From the NCBI GenBank assembly GCA_964391935.1, contig CAYMOA010000001.1:7860-42432 (forward strand): 34,573 nucleotides of DNA, read 5' to 3'. A model generated the notes under the pieces. The model saw only the letters and a list, made by a program, of their open reading frames with translations. It searched no databases and was not told the origin of the DNA. This document shows positions 22,537-31,542 of this stretch, piece after piece; position 1 is the first letter of the stretch, and each line of letters begins with the position of its first letter. This DNA comes from an uncultured Candidatus Saccharibacteria bacterium (GTDB taxonomy: Bacteria > Patescibacteriota > Minisyncoccia > Phycocordibacterales > UBA5272). Made by a program: the position numbers and the translations under genes.

Positions 22537-23356
22537 GATAAGAGTCCCTGGGGCTTTTGGTAATAAGATAAAGAAGAAGCTCGACCCGAGAAGTACACCA
22601 AAGTCTAAAGTAAAAACTGGTCCAAAAGGTCCAACACCTACACCGCGTATTTTTGACGGTTCTATTCGTATTAATAAAAGAATCAAAGACCTCGGGCTCG
22701 CGAGTCGTCGTGATGCAGACAGACTAATCGAAACTAAAAAAGTTTTGATCAATGGAGTTGTTGCAACCATCGGTAGTAAAGTAAGGGAGACAGATAAAAT
22801 AGAAATAGTGAACCATGCTGACAACTACCAATACTACTCTTTTTACAAACCAAAAGATGTTGTCTCACATTCCCCACAATACGGAGAGACCGAAGTAAAA
22901 AACTTTTTTAAAAACTGGGACCATGACCATTTAACAGTTGTAGGTAGACTCGACAAACACAGTGAGGGCCTGATGCTTGTAACCAACGACAAGAGACTGG
23001 TAGAGCGCATTCTCGACCCTAGGTTTGGTCATGAGAGAGAGTATGAGGTAACAGTACAAGAAAAACTTTCTAAAAATATTGTACAACTTTTCTCAAAAGG
23101 TTTTGCTGTACGTGGTCGCTTTACAGCCAAACCAGCAAAAGTAGAGTTGGTAGATAATTTTAAATTTAAAATAACTCTCACCGAAGGCAAGAAACACCAA
23201 ATCCGACTCATGACCAACGAGTTACACTACACGGTTTCTAAACTTAAAAGAACCAATATAATGAACCTCAATTTAAAAGGCATCGAGCCAGGAAAGTTTA
23301 AAGAAATTAAAAAAGAAGAGGTAAAAAAACTTTTAAAAGCGGTGGGGTTGAGTTAA
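22466..23356 (+). CDS. RsuA/RluB-family pseudouridine synthase with basic N-terminal extension
   Basis: The S4 domain is RINKRIKDLGLASRRDADRLIETKKVLINGVV and the catalytic motif is VVGRLDKHSEGLMLVTND. The first roughly 65 aa are K/P/G-rich. The ORF overlaps the upstream gene by 71 nt, so its start is uncertain. Confidence 0.8.
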   Translation: MMNTRLGQLFGKGPKKGQRAAPTRIRVPGAFGNKIKKKLDPRSTPKSKVKTGPKGPTPTPRIFDGSIRINKRIKDLGLASRRDADRLIETKKVLINGVVATIGSKVRETDKIEIVNHADNYQYYSFYKPKDVVSHSPQYGETEVKNFFKNWDHDHLTVVGRLDKHSEGLMLVTNDKRLVERILDPRFGHEREYEVTVQEKLSKNIVQLFSKGFAVRGRFTAKPAKVELVDNFKFKITLTEGKKHQIRLMTNELHYTVSKLKRTNIMNLNLKGIEPGKFKEIKKEEVKKLLKAVGLS

Positions 23357-23390
23357 GAAAAAAAACTGCAAGCTTGCTTGCAGTTTTTTT
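23357..23390. terminator. bidirectional rho-independent terminator
   Basis: An A9 run precedes the stem ctgcaag (23366-23372), loop cttg and stem cttgcag (23377-23383), followed by T7. It lies between convergent genes. Confidence 0.8.
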
Positions 23391-23399
23391 GTTTTAAAT

Positions 23400-23888
23400 T
23401 TATTTATTTTCTGGATTTACTGGAGTTTCAACTTTTGTTTCTACAGTTGGCGCAACTGTTTTTGTTACTGGAGTTTTTTTCTTCTTCGCTGCAACTTTTT
23501 TCACAGCTTTTTTAACTACATTTTTTACAGCACTTACTTTTCCTTTAGTTTCTTTTTGGATTTGAGCTTGTTTTTTTGCAATTTCAGCATTCACTTCTTT
23601 TTTCATTTTATTCCAAGTTGAGTGAAGGTCATCCACAACTTTTTTCAATTCACCCTTATCAACTGTTTTATATTTCTCAGAAACTTTTTTTACAATTTCC
23701 TTATATGCAGGCTCAGAAACATCTTTTAATTTTTCAATTCCTTGTAAGACTTCCCCTTTCATCTTTACAGACCAGGCTGCAATTTGTTTTCTTTTTGCAA
23801 CTCCGTCTTTTGAACCGTACAAATAGTAGGCTCCCGCAATCATAGAGGCAATAGCACCGATACTCATATTTTTGAAATTTTTATTCAT
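23400..23888 (-). CDS. YtxH-like protein with Lys-rich tail
   Basis: The N-terminal helix GAIASMIAGAYYLYGSKDG and a coiled region match YtxH-type proteins. The C-terminus is AKKKKTPVTK-rich. Confidence 0.55.
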   Translation of the reverse strand: MNKNFKNMSIGAIASMIAGAYYLYGSKDGVAKRKQIAAWSVKMKGEVLQGIEKLKDVSEPAYKEIVKKVSEKYKTVDKGELKKVVDDLHSTWNKMKKEVNAEIAKKQAQIQKETKGKVSAVKNVVKKAVKKVAAKKKKTPVTKTVAPTVETKVETPVNPENK

Positions 23889-23950
23889 ATATCTTTTTGT
23901 TTCTTTTTGTATTCTTTCTTATTTTCTAGATACCTCTAGTTTTTCTATCT

Positions 23951-23974
23951 ACCCTAATCCCCGCAACGCGGGGA
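23951..23974 (-). repeat. hairpin-plus-G-tail element, copy F
   Basis: accctaa + tccccgc-aac-gcgggga; the reverse complement is tccccgcgttgcgggga + ttagggt. It is intergenic, after the stop of 24039..24419. Confidence 0.5.
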
Positions 23975-24038
23975 TAGAATAAATAAAAATATTTTTAATT
24001 TTAATTGACGACGCAATAGAGTTTATAACATTTCAAAA

Positions 24039-24419
24039 CTATTTACAATTATTTGCGAGTGTATACCCTGCTTTTTGAGCAAGCAATTCTGTATCAAAAT
24101 ATCTTTTATTACTTTCTTTTATATTCCCTGCACCACTACACCAAACAAAATAATATTTTTTCCCACCTTTACTAGCTACAATTGTACTGGTTCTAACTTT
24201 TCCAAATAAAGAATTTTTTTCTTTTTCATAATTCGCATCCTCTGCTTCCTGTGACTCAAAAGTAAATGTTGGCGACATTTCCATAAACTTGGTCAATCTA
24301 CCCAGAAAAAAGAATAATATTAATAAAGAAATAGCGAGAATCCCCCAGAAAAACTTTATTAGCCAACTTACCAACTCAACCTTGAAAAACTCTTTTATTT
24401 GTGCTATAATCTCGCTCAT
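24039..24419 (-). CDS. hypothetical membrane-anchored protein
   Basis: 126 aa with one TM helix. The C-terminal KKYYFVWCSGAGNIKESNKRYFDTELLAQKAGYTLANNC resembles the short Cys-containing Y(H)..C....I...N...F.....A...GY..C domain seen on secreted proteins. This assignment is weak. Confidence 0.45.
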   Translation of the reverse strand: MSEIIAQIKEFFKVELVSWLIKFFWGILAISLLILFFFLGRLTKFMEMSPTFTFESQEAEDANYEKEKNSLFGKVRTSTIVASKGGKKYYFVWCSGAGNIKESNKRYFDTELLAQKAGYTLANNCK

Positions 24420-24454
24420 AAGTTAATTATAACAAAATAAGCAATTAAAATCAT

Positions 24455-24727
24455 ATGGCAACCAAAAAAGCGGCCGGAACGGCCAAGAACCTCCGAGATA
24501 GTAAACCAAAATACCTTGGAGTTAAAAAATATCACGGGGAAACTGTACAACCAGGTGGGATAATCATCCGCCAACGTGGTACGGACTTCGTAGCAGGAGA
24601 CAACGTAGGTCAAGGTAAAGATCACACTCTCTACTCACTTATCGGTGGTAAAGTTGTATTTTCTACAAAAAGAAAAATGGCTTTTGATAACAAGATGCAC
24701 GTTAAAAAAGTTGTATCAGTTAAGTAA
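24455..24727 (+). CDS. rpmA: 50S ribosomal protein L27
   Basis: [59 protein letters not shown] is canonical L27. Confidence 0.92.
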   Translation: MATKKAAGTAKNLRDSKPKYLGVKKYHGETVQPGGIIIRQRGTDFVAGDNVGQGKDHTLYSLIGGKVVFSTKRKMAFDNKMHVKKVVSVK

Positions 24728-24747
24728 CATCCTCTCAAGCTAATATC

Positions 24748-24772
24748 ACCCCCTAAGGGGGTTATATTTTTT
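24748..24772 (+). terminator. rho-independent terminator of rpmA
   Basis: The hairpin accccc-taa-gggggt is followed by tatatttttt. Confidence 0.65.
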
Positions 24773-24815
24773 ATTTAAATTGACTTTCTTTTAAATTGTG
24801 TTTTACTTTATTCTA

Positions 24816-25100
24816 ATGGAAAAACCAAAAGTAACTTTTAATAAAAATTGGTCCCTCGGTGATAGAAAGTTAATTATAGATCAAATAAGACAAGGCTCAA
24901 ACTCTGCTCAAATCGAACGTATTGCTAAACAGAAGGGATTAGATAATATCAAGAGTAGGGCCGTAAATAACTTCATGAGAGACAATGAAGATTCACTTTC
25001 AAAAAGACTGAAAATGAAATCTGGGGGAGAGCGAGTGAGAGAATCAAGTATAGGTAATCAAAGTAAAATTACAAGAAAGGTCACTATAAAGAAGAGCTGA
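24816..25100 (+). CDS. hypothetical basic protein
   Basis: The 94-aa ORF is taken from the ATG at 24816; the track start is the GTG at 24798. No recognisable motif. Confidence 0.4.
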   Translation: MEKPKVTFNKNWSLGDRKLIIDQIRQGSNSAQIERIAKQKGLDNIKSRAVNNFMRDNEDSLSKRLKMKSGGERVRESSIGNQSKITRKVTIKKS

Positions 25101-25135
25101 AAATTAAAGTAAAAAATGAAATTTTCAATTATGAA

Positions 25136-26959
25136 TTATTTAAACCCCCTTTGTGCGCGAGCGCGGTCGGACTCGGTTAAGAATATTTTACGCAAGCGAA
25201 CTGACATCGGTGTAACCTCTAGGTACTCGTCTTCGTTCATGATCTCAAGTCCTCTTTCGATAGAAAGTGTCCAAGCTGGAACAAGTACAATTGCCTCATC
25301 ATTACCAGATGAACGTACGTTGGTAAGAGCTTTACCTTTGTTTGGGTTAACGATCAAGTCATTCCCTTTTGAAACATTCCCGATAACCATACCTTGGTAA
25401 ACATCAACTGCAGGACCAACATAGATAACTCCACGTTCTTGTAGATTCCAAAGAGAGAAGGCTGATGTCTTTCCTGTTTCAGAAACAACCATACTTCCAA
25501 CTTCGCGACGTTCGATTTCCCCAGCATAAGCACGGAACTCGAGCATACGACTAGAAAGTATACCGTTACCTTTTGTATCGATCATGAAAACTCCACGGAA
25601 ACCAAGTAGTCCACGAGTAGGCATTTCGAAAATCATTCTAGTTTGTCCATCTTTTTCTTTCATGTCACGCATCATAGCTTTACGCATTCCAAGTTTTTCG
25701 ATAACTGTACCAGAAAACTCTGTTGGTAAGTCGATAACCACTTCTTCATATGGTTCTGTCTTATTCCCTTTCTCATCAGTTTTGATGATAACTTCTGGAA
25801 CAGAAACTTGAACTTCGTAACCTTCACGACGCATGTTTTCTAGAAGAACTGAGATATGCATTTCCCCACGTCCATAAACACGGAACTTGTCCTCAGCGAA
25901 TTCTACTTTCAAACCAACGTTGATCTCTAGTTCACGTTCCAGTCTCTCACGGATTTGGCGACCAGTAACTAGTTTACCTTCACGACCTGCAAATGGAGAG
26001 TTGTTAACTAGGAAGTCTAGGGAGATAGTTGGCTCATCAATGTGGATGAGTGGCATGATTTCTGTGTCCTTGTTGTTAGTCATTGTGTCTCCGATGAAAA
26101 TAGTTGGGAAACCGGCGATCATCACGATGTCTCCAGCAGAAACTTCCGCTGCCTCTGTACGTTGTACACCTTGGAAAGAAAACATTTTGGTGATTCTTCC
26201 CTTTTCGGTTTTATTACCATCTAGTAAAAATAGTTCTGAACCGTCTTTGATTTTACCTTCGTAAACACGAGCGATAGCTAGACGACCCAAAAATTTGTCA
26301 TATGCAAGGTTAAAAACTTGAGCTTTGAAAGTTTCTGAGTTTGTTTGTTCTGTTGTGTTAGCTGCCTTTACTTGTTCCAGAACAATATCAAGAACTGCAT
26401 TTAGATTTTTCTCACCCGCATTTCCTGTTGTCATAAAGTCTTTGGCTTCTTCGATAGTTTTAAAGGCTACACCTTGGCGGCCGATAGCGTACACAGTTGT
26501 AAAATTAAGTTGTTCGTCGTTCGCACCTAGCTCTAAGAAAAGTTCAAAAACTTCATCGTGGGCACGAACTGGGTCAGCAGCTGGCTTGTCGATTTTGTTT
26601 AATACAAGAATTGGTTTGATACCGAGTTCTAGTGATTTTTTAAGTACGAAACGTGTTTGTGGCATTGGACCTTCTTGGGCATCAACAACTAAGAGAACTG
26701 AGTCGATAGAACGTAAAACACGCTCAACTTCTGAACCAAAGTCCGCGTGGCCTGGCGTGTCTACGATGTTCACCTTGGTACCTTTGTACATCAAAGATGT
26801 GTTTTTAGCATAAATAGTGATCCCACGCTCTTTTTCGATAGAGTTAGAGTCCATGGAGAAATCCCCCTCGGCTGCTCCGTTTTGTTTGAGGAGTGAGTCT
26901 GTTAAAGTTGTCTTTCCGTGGTCCACGTGGGCGATAATCGCAATGTTTCGTATTTCCAT
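25136..26959 (-). CDS. typA: translational GTPase TypA/BipA
   Basis: IRNIAIIAHVDHGKTTLTD, DTPGHADFG and NKID G-motifs are present. The 607-aa length and the C-terminal BipA-type domain fit. Confidence 0.93.
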   Translation of the reverse strand: MEIRNIAIIAHVDHGKTTLTDSLLKQNGAAEGDFSMDSNSIEKERGITIYAKNTSLMYKGTKVNIVDTPGHADFGSEVERVLRSIDSVLLVVDAQEGPMPQTRFVLKKSLELGIKPILVLNKIDKPAADPVRAHDEVFELFLELGANDEQLNFTTVYAIGRQGVAFKTIEEAKDFMTTGNAGEKNLNAVLDIVLEQVKAANTTEQTNSETFKAQVFNLAYDKFLGRLAIARVYEGKIKDGSELFLLDGNKTEKGRITKMFSFQGVQRTEAAEVSAGDIVMIAGFPTIFIGDTMTNNKDTEIMPLIHIDEPTISLDFLVNNSPFAGREGKLVTGRQIRERLERELEINVGLKVEFAEDKFRVYGRGEMHISVLLENMRREGYEVQVSVPEVIIKTDEKGNKTEPYEEVVIDLPTEFSGTVIEKLGMRKAMMRDMKEKDGQTRMIFEMPTRGLLGFRGVFMIDTKGNGILSSRMLEFRAYAGEIERREVGSMVVSETGKTSAFSLWNLQERGVIYVGPAVDVYQGMVIGNVSKGNDLIVNPNKGKALTNVRSSGNDEAIVLVPAWTLSIERGLEIMNEDEYLEVTPMSVRLRKIFLTESDRARAQRGFK

Positions 26960-27057
26960 ATTTTTGTTTATTTTAAAAGCTTTTTAGTTGAAAAAAAGAT
27001 TTTGCAATTATAACATAGAACCGGGAAAAAGTAAATATTCTGGAAGAATAACCCAGC

Positions 27058-28170
27058 CTATTTTAAAACATTAGAAATATAGAATTCACCGATTTTTTCT
27101 CCTAACTTAAAACCTTCTTCGTTGTCATGAGGAAAATGTATCCCTGCCCATAGTCTAGAATTTTTCGCATTTATGGCATCTGTCATAAAAATATCTTTTT
27201 TGTCTGGGAAAAAGTGGCTGAGAACTGTTGCAGCAGTTGCTGAAATAGTAGAATGCCCAGATGTATATGATGGGAAGTTGGGATCTTTCATTGCTAAGTT
27301 TATACTAGGGTCAACCATGCTTGGTCTTTTTGTATAGTACTGAAACTTTACAGTCCAGCACTCTATAAAAGAATCTGCCAGTGCCTGAGCCAGTATCATC
27401 TGCTTGTAAGCATAATCTTTGTCAGACAAATTTAAATTCTTGGTTTCGTTATAAAATCTATTTTGCCAAATACCGGCTGGTGCCTCTGTACCAGGGACCC
27501 CTCCCCAGAAATTGATTAATGTAACTTGCTCAGAATTTCGTTTGTTTGCAGCATCTTTTACCTGTGCCAAATCTTTTTTATATTCCTCACTTAGATATTT
27601 TGGCGGTGGCACAACTCCACTTTCAAAGTTTTTTAAATTCCAACGCTCCCATTGTGGTGCGGTTGGTGAGAGCGGGTCCTTCCCTACCCAGTACTCTTTT
27701 CCATAAAACTTTTTTGTATATTTTTGTTTATTGTCAAAGTTATATCTATCTTTAACTTCTTTTAGAATTTTATTTTCATTAAAAATTTCTTCATCTGTAT
27801 TCATGCCAAAATCCATTTCAGAAGAAATATTATTATCCATTGCATATTTGGTAGTAGAGGCATTTCTCTCTGGGTAGAGATGTTCAAAAACATAAACCAT
27901 TAGTAGATTTGTATAATCACGCGTTTCCTTTTCATCATATCCGAAAGTTTTCGCTTGCTGCAAACCTTCGTAATACACAGTAGAGACGATCGCGTAAAAT
28001 CTCGCTGACTCTGGAGGAGTTGGCTTTTCTTCTCGCACAATATCCATGGCATATTCCATCCAAAGTCTACTTCCTAGTTGTTCATTTTTATGCGAAAAAT
28101 TAAAGAAATTAACAGCAAACATAAGTACCAATACCAAGAATAAAGCGAGAATTATTTTTTTGTCTTTCAT
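27058..28170 (-). CDS. PAP2-superfamily / vanadium-haloperoxidase-like phosphatase, motifs intact
   Basis: YYTKRPS (KxxxxxxRP), PSYTSGHST (PSGH) and SRLWAGIHFPHDNEEG (SRxxxxxHxxxD) are all present. N-terminal TM anchor. Confidence 0.7.
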   Translation of the reverse strand: MKDKKIILALFLVLVLMFAVNFFNFSHKNEQLGSRLWMEYAMDIVREEKPTPPESARFYAIVSTVYYEGLQQAKTFGYDEKETRDYTNLLMVYVFEHLYPERNASTTKYAMDNNISSEMDFGMNTDEEIFNENKILKEVKDRYNFDNKQKYTKKFYGKEYWVGKDPLSPTAPQWERWNLKNFESGVVPPPKYLSEEYKKDLAQVKDAANKRNSEQVTLINFWGGVPGTEAPAGIWQNRFYNETKNLNLSDKDYAYKQMILAQALADSFIECWTVKFQYYTKRPSMVDPSINLAMKDPNFPSYTSGHSTISATAATVLSHFFPDKKDIFMTDAINAKNSRLWAGIHFPHDNEEGFKLGEKIGEFYISNVLK

Positions 28171-28199
28171 AATAGTTATAAGTTTAACATGATATAATT

Positions 28200-30446
28200 A
28201 TGGTACAAATGTTAGTCAAAGACCTGGCTTTTATTACAGAAAGAGAGAAAGCAATACTTATTAAAAATGGGGTTAAAACCTTTGAACAACTTTTATATTA
28301 TTTCCCTTTCCGTTTCGAAGAAGCACCACGTGCCAAACAAATAATTGATGTGCAGGCGGGCGAAGCCGTGTCTGTGTCAGGGATCATCGAGGACATCGAA
28401 GCCAAAAGTGGCTACCACACTGGTGCCAAGTTCACCAAAGCCATCATCAAGGACAATACAGAAAGTATCGAGGCTATCTGGTGGAATATGCCTTACATTG
28501 CAAACACGCTAAAAATCGGACAGAAAATAATCCTCACTGGGACTGTATCAGAAAAAGGTGGTAACTTATTTTTATCAAACCCAAAAATCGAAAGAGTAAA
28601 AAGTTTACCTATCAACGCTGACTCTACACTTTTCCAAAAAGATGAGATGAAACCGATGACTCCGGTTTACTCCAACTTTCGTGGAGTGAAAAATTTTGAT
28701 TTTAAAAAAATAATTGAAAAAAGTTTAAAAAGTACTGAGTTTAAAAATTTGAAAAACCTCATCCCAGAAAAAATATCTGAGAAACTGCATTTGGGAAACA
28801 GACAGAATGCTATTCTTCGTAAACATTTACCAAAGAATCAAGATGATATTGTAGTAACCAATAAATATTTTGCTTTTGAAGAAATTTTTGTGATGCAGAT
28901 CTATCGCGAACAAGAGAAAAGTTTGCGCGCAGATGCCCATGCCTATCAAATAAATGTTGATAAAAACTTTCGTGAGAGCTTAGAAGAAGTCCTCCCCTTT
29001 AAACTCACAGTTGGTCAAGAAAAAGTTCTAGAAACTATTTTAAAAGATATGGAGGTAAATAAACCAATGTCACGTTTAGTCGAGGGGGATGTGGGTAGTG
29101 GGAAAACTATTCTTGCCCTTGCGGCAACACTCGCTACAGTTCTAACAGTGGCCAAGAACTCAAAACCATTACAAGTTGCTTATATCGCTCCTACAGAAAT
29201 CTTGGCCAACCAACATTTTGAGTTTTTTACTAAAACCCTTTCTATCTTTTCTCACTTACAAATTGCCCTGCTCACTTCGTCTGGTGCAAAAATCTTCCCT
29301 TCAAAAATAGACCGAGAAAAATGGACAGCTGCACCCAAGTCCCGTGTTAAAAAACTTCTCGACGAAGGCAAACTAAATATAGTAATCGGAACCCACTCTC
29401 TATTTAATAAAAATATTTTATTTGAACATTTGGGATTAGTAATTATTGATGAGCAACACCGGTTTGGTGTTAAGCAGCGTTTAGCCATGATAGAAAAACA
29501 TAAAAGTGCAGAGAATAAGTTTAAAAAAACTAGACCCAAAAATGATCTGCGTGAGTTTACAGACGAGTATGATGATCTGAAACTTCTTCCCATTCCTCAC
29601 CTCCTTTCTATGTCAGCAACACCTATTCCTCGCACACTTGCTCTCACTATCTATGGCGATCTTGATCTATCTATTCTCGACGAGTTGCCGCCAGGGAGAA
29701 AAAGAGCTGAAACGAAAATTGTCACCAAGTTTTCTCGAGAGAAAATGTACAAAGTGTTGATCGAAAAACTAAAACTTGGTAAGCAAGCATATATTATCGC
29801 CCCCCGGATCAAAGATGATACTGAGGACGTAGGAGACGAAAACTCAAATAAAAAAAGCTCAGTCGAGTTCGAAGAGAAAAGAATCAAAGAATATCTAAAA
29901 AAAGAAAAGTTGGATTTTAAGATTGGTACTCTCCACGGTAAACAAAGTAAAAATGATAAAGAAAAAGTTATCGAGAAGTTTTATAAAAAAGAAATTGATA
30001 TTTTGATTTCTACTACTGTGGTTGAGGTTGGTATCTCTGTACCGAACGCAACTTGCATCATTATTGAAAATGCTGACACTTTTGGTCTGGCTCAACTACA
30101 CCAACTCCGTGGTCGTGTAGAGCGCAGCACCGACCACTCAGTTTGTTTTCTCGCAACCGAAAGTGAGAACGAAAAAAGTTTAAAAAGACTCGAAGCCTTG
30201 GTAAAAAGTAATAATGGTTTTGAGTTGGCAGAAGTCGACTTGTTAGAGCGAGGTGCAGGAAGTCTCATTGGTAACCGTCAGTCTGGTTTAACCGACATTG
30301 GTATGGAGGCAATTAAAAATAGGAAATTAGTAGAGATTGCCAAAGAAGAAGCAAGAAATGTTTTAGACCATGACGCGAAACTGATCAAGCCTGAACACCA
30401 AACTCTAAAAAATAAAATCGACGAGTTCACTTTCCACGAGGAGTAA
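28200..30446 (+). CDS. recG: ATP-dependent DNA helicase RecG
   Basis: It has an OB wedge region and the motifs GDVGSGKT, IIDEQHRFGV, SATPIPRT and QLHQLRGRVER. The ATG at 28200 is only 1 nt after TATAAT (28193-28198), so the ATG at 28209 is the more likely start. Confidence 0.9.
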   Translation: MVQMLVKDLAFITEREKAILIKNGVKTFEQLLYYFPFRFEEAPRAKQIIDVQAGEAVSVSGIIEDIEAKSGYHTGAKFTKAIIKDNTESIEAIWWNMPYIANTLKIGQKIILTGTVSEKGGNLFLSNPKIERVKSLPINADSTLFQKDEMKPMTPVYSNFRGVKNFDFKKIIEKSLKSTEFKNLKNLIPEKISEKLHLGNRQNAILRKHLPKNQDDIVVTNKYFAFEEIFVMQIYREQEKSLRADAHAYQINVDKNFRESLEEVLPFKLTVGQEKVLETILKDMEVNKPMSRLVEGDVGSGKTILALAATLATVLTVAKNSKPLQVAYIAPTEILANQHFEFFTKTLSIFSHLQIALLTSSGAKIFPSKIDREKWTAAPKSRVKKLLDEGKLNIVIGTHSLFNKNILFEHLGLVIIDEQHRFGVKQRLAMIEKHKSAENKFKKTRPKNDLREFTDEYDDLKLLPIPHLLSMSATPIPRTLALTIYGDLDLSILDELPPGRKRAETKIVTKFSREKMYKVLIEKLKLGKQAYIIAPRIKDDTEDVGDENSNKKSSVEFEEKRIKEYLKKEKLDFKIGTLHGKQSKNDKEKVIEKFYKKEIDILISTTVVEVGISVPNATCIIIENADTFGLAQLHQLRGRVERSTDHSVCFLATESENEKSLKRLEALVKSNNGFELAEVDLLERGAGSLIGNRQSGLTDIGMEAIKNRKLVEIAKEEARNVLDHDAKLIKPEHQTLKNKIDEFTFHEE

Positions 30447-30448
30447 AT

Positions 30449-31288
30449 TTATCTTGCACTTGCTTTCAACACATTCTCGAATAGGCAGGCGACTACGAGA
30501 GGGCCCATGCAACCGGGAACTGGTGTGTAGTATGATGCAAGATCGAAACACTCTGGGTCAAAGTCACCACAAGCTACCTCTTTTCCTGACTCATCTTTTA
30601 CAAAAGAGCAGCCATAGTCTATCAATACACTTCCCTCTTTTATGAGTTCTTTTTTTATGAAAAACGGTTTGCCAACAGCAGAGATCACTACGTCGCAATC
30701 TTTTATTTTTTCTTCTTCCCCTTTTTTTATTATCTCGATTTCCCAATTATTTTTCTGTCTATTTTTTTCTAAATAATGTTTTATTGGTAGCCCTACCACC
30801 TGACCAAGTCCAACTATCCCGAATTTCGCACTACTTCCTCCCCTATTTATAGGGGAGGTTAGGTGGGGTTGAACAACTTCTAGAATTTTTTCCAAAGCCA
30901 AAACAATTGGGGCTTCAAAATTTCCATCATTTAAATTATCTACATCTTTTTCTTTTACTATTAAAGTCAGGATTTCTTCTGTGTTCTCTTTTAATTTTTC
31001 TGGAAGAGGCAACTGTACAATTACAGCATCGTTTTCTTTTTGTAAATTTAATAATTCTTCTTTTATTTTTTCTAAACTCGTTTGTTCAGACAAAATTAAA
31101 ATATTTACAACAAAGCCATAATTTTCCCCAAATTTCTTTTTTACTTTTATAAAAGATAGAGATGCAGGATCATTACCCACACATAAAATACCTAGAGAAG
31201 GTTTTTTGTTTTCTCCAAATTTTTCTAAAATTTCTTTCTTTAAAAATTCTCCTATTTCTCTATTTATCTTTTTTCCATCAATCAACAT
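30449..31288 (-). CDS. folD: bifunctional methylenetetrahydrofolate dehydrogenase/cyclohydrolase FolD, carrying an in-frame repeat insertion
   Basis: MLIDGKKI..., ILCVGNDPASLSFIKVKKK, VIVQLPLP, KDVDNL and TPVPGCMGPLVVACL are the FolD pattern. The segment QPHLTSPINRGGSS is encoded by hairpin element copy H. Confidence 0.88.
   Translation of the reverse strand: MLIDGKKINREIGEFLKKEILEKFGENKKPSLGILCVGNDPASLSFIKVKKKFGENYGFVVNILILSEQTSLEKIKEELLNLQKENDAVIVQLPLPEKLKENTEEILTLIVKEKDVDNLNDGNFEAPIVLALEKILEVVQPHLTSPINRGGSSAKFGIVGLGQVVGLPIKHYLEKNRQKNNWEIEIIKKGEEEKIKDCDVVISAVGKPFFIKKELIKEGSVLIDYGCSFVKDESGKEVACGDFDPECFDLASYYTPVPGCMGPLVVACLFENVLKASAR
30837..30868 (+). repeat. hairpin-plus-G-tail element, copy H (inside the folD CDS)
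   Basis: cctcccctat-tt-ataggggagg (10-bp arms) plus the tail ttaggtgggg. Read on the coding (minus) strand it gives PHLTSPINRGG. Confidence 0.7.
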
Positions 31289-31296
31289 GTGTGCAA

Positions 31297-31542
31297 TTAT
31301 AGCACATCGTCTTTTACTCGATAACTAGAAATATATTTGTACATACCAAACTCCATTTCTAAACCAGAGATCAGTTTGTCACACACTTCAAATTCTTGTT
31401 CTGCGAGATATCTATGAATCGAATACTCTTTTTTTGTAATATGATGTTTATGTAAAATTAAAAGAGTGCGGAAGTGCAAAAGTCTATCAGAAATTTTTCT
31501 TACTTTATTTTTGGTTACTAATTTATTTTGCATAAGGTTCAC
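31297..31542 (-). CDS. hypothetical protein
   Basis: 81-aa ORF that overlaps the Mur-ligase 3' end by 20 nt. The folD TGCTATAAT box lies across its last codon and stop codon. No motif; coding status is uncertain. Confidence 0.35.
   Translation of the reverse strand: MNLMQNKLVTKNKVRKISDRLLHFRTLLILHKHHITKKEYSIHRYLAEQEFEVCDKLISGLEMEFGMYKYISSYRVKDDVL

Noticed and set aside
23341-23356. ggtggggttg at the 3' end of the pseudouridine synthase gene as another element tail
   Set aside because: It matches only the tail of copy H, with no adjacent C-arm/G-arm hairpin. It is too short to distinguish from chance.
24748-24762. Counting the rpmA terminator hairpin (accccctaagggggt) as a ninth member of the hairpin-plus-tail family
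   Set aside because: It has the C-arm/G-arm stem but no G-rich tail, and it is followed by a normal T-tract. It cannot be distinguished from an ordinary intrinsic terminator.
25116-26813. Several long plus-strand ORFs (25116..25400, 25584..25811, 25887..26264, 26325..26813) opposite typA
   Set aside because: They are antisense shadows of a strongly supported, highly conserved GTPase gene. Their products are low-complexity S/P/R-rich and lack motifs or promoter signals. The same reasoning applies to the other short antisense ORFs in the track, for example those inside rnj, recG, tsf and rpsB.
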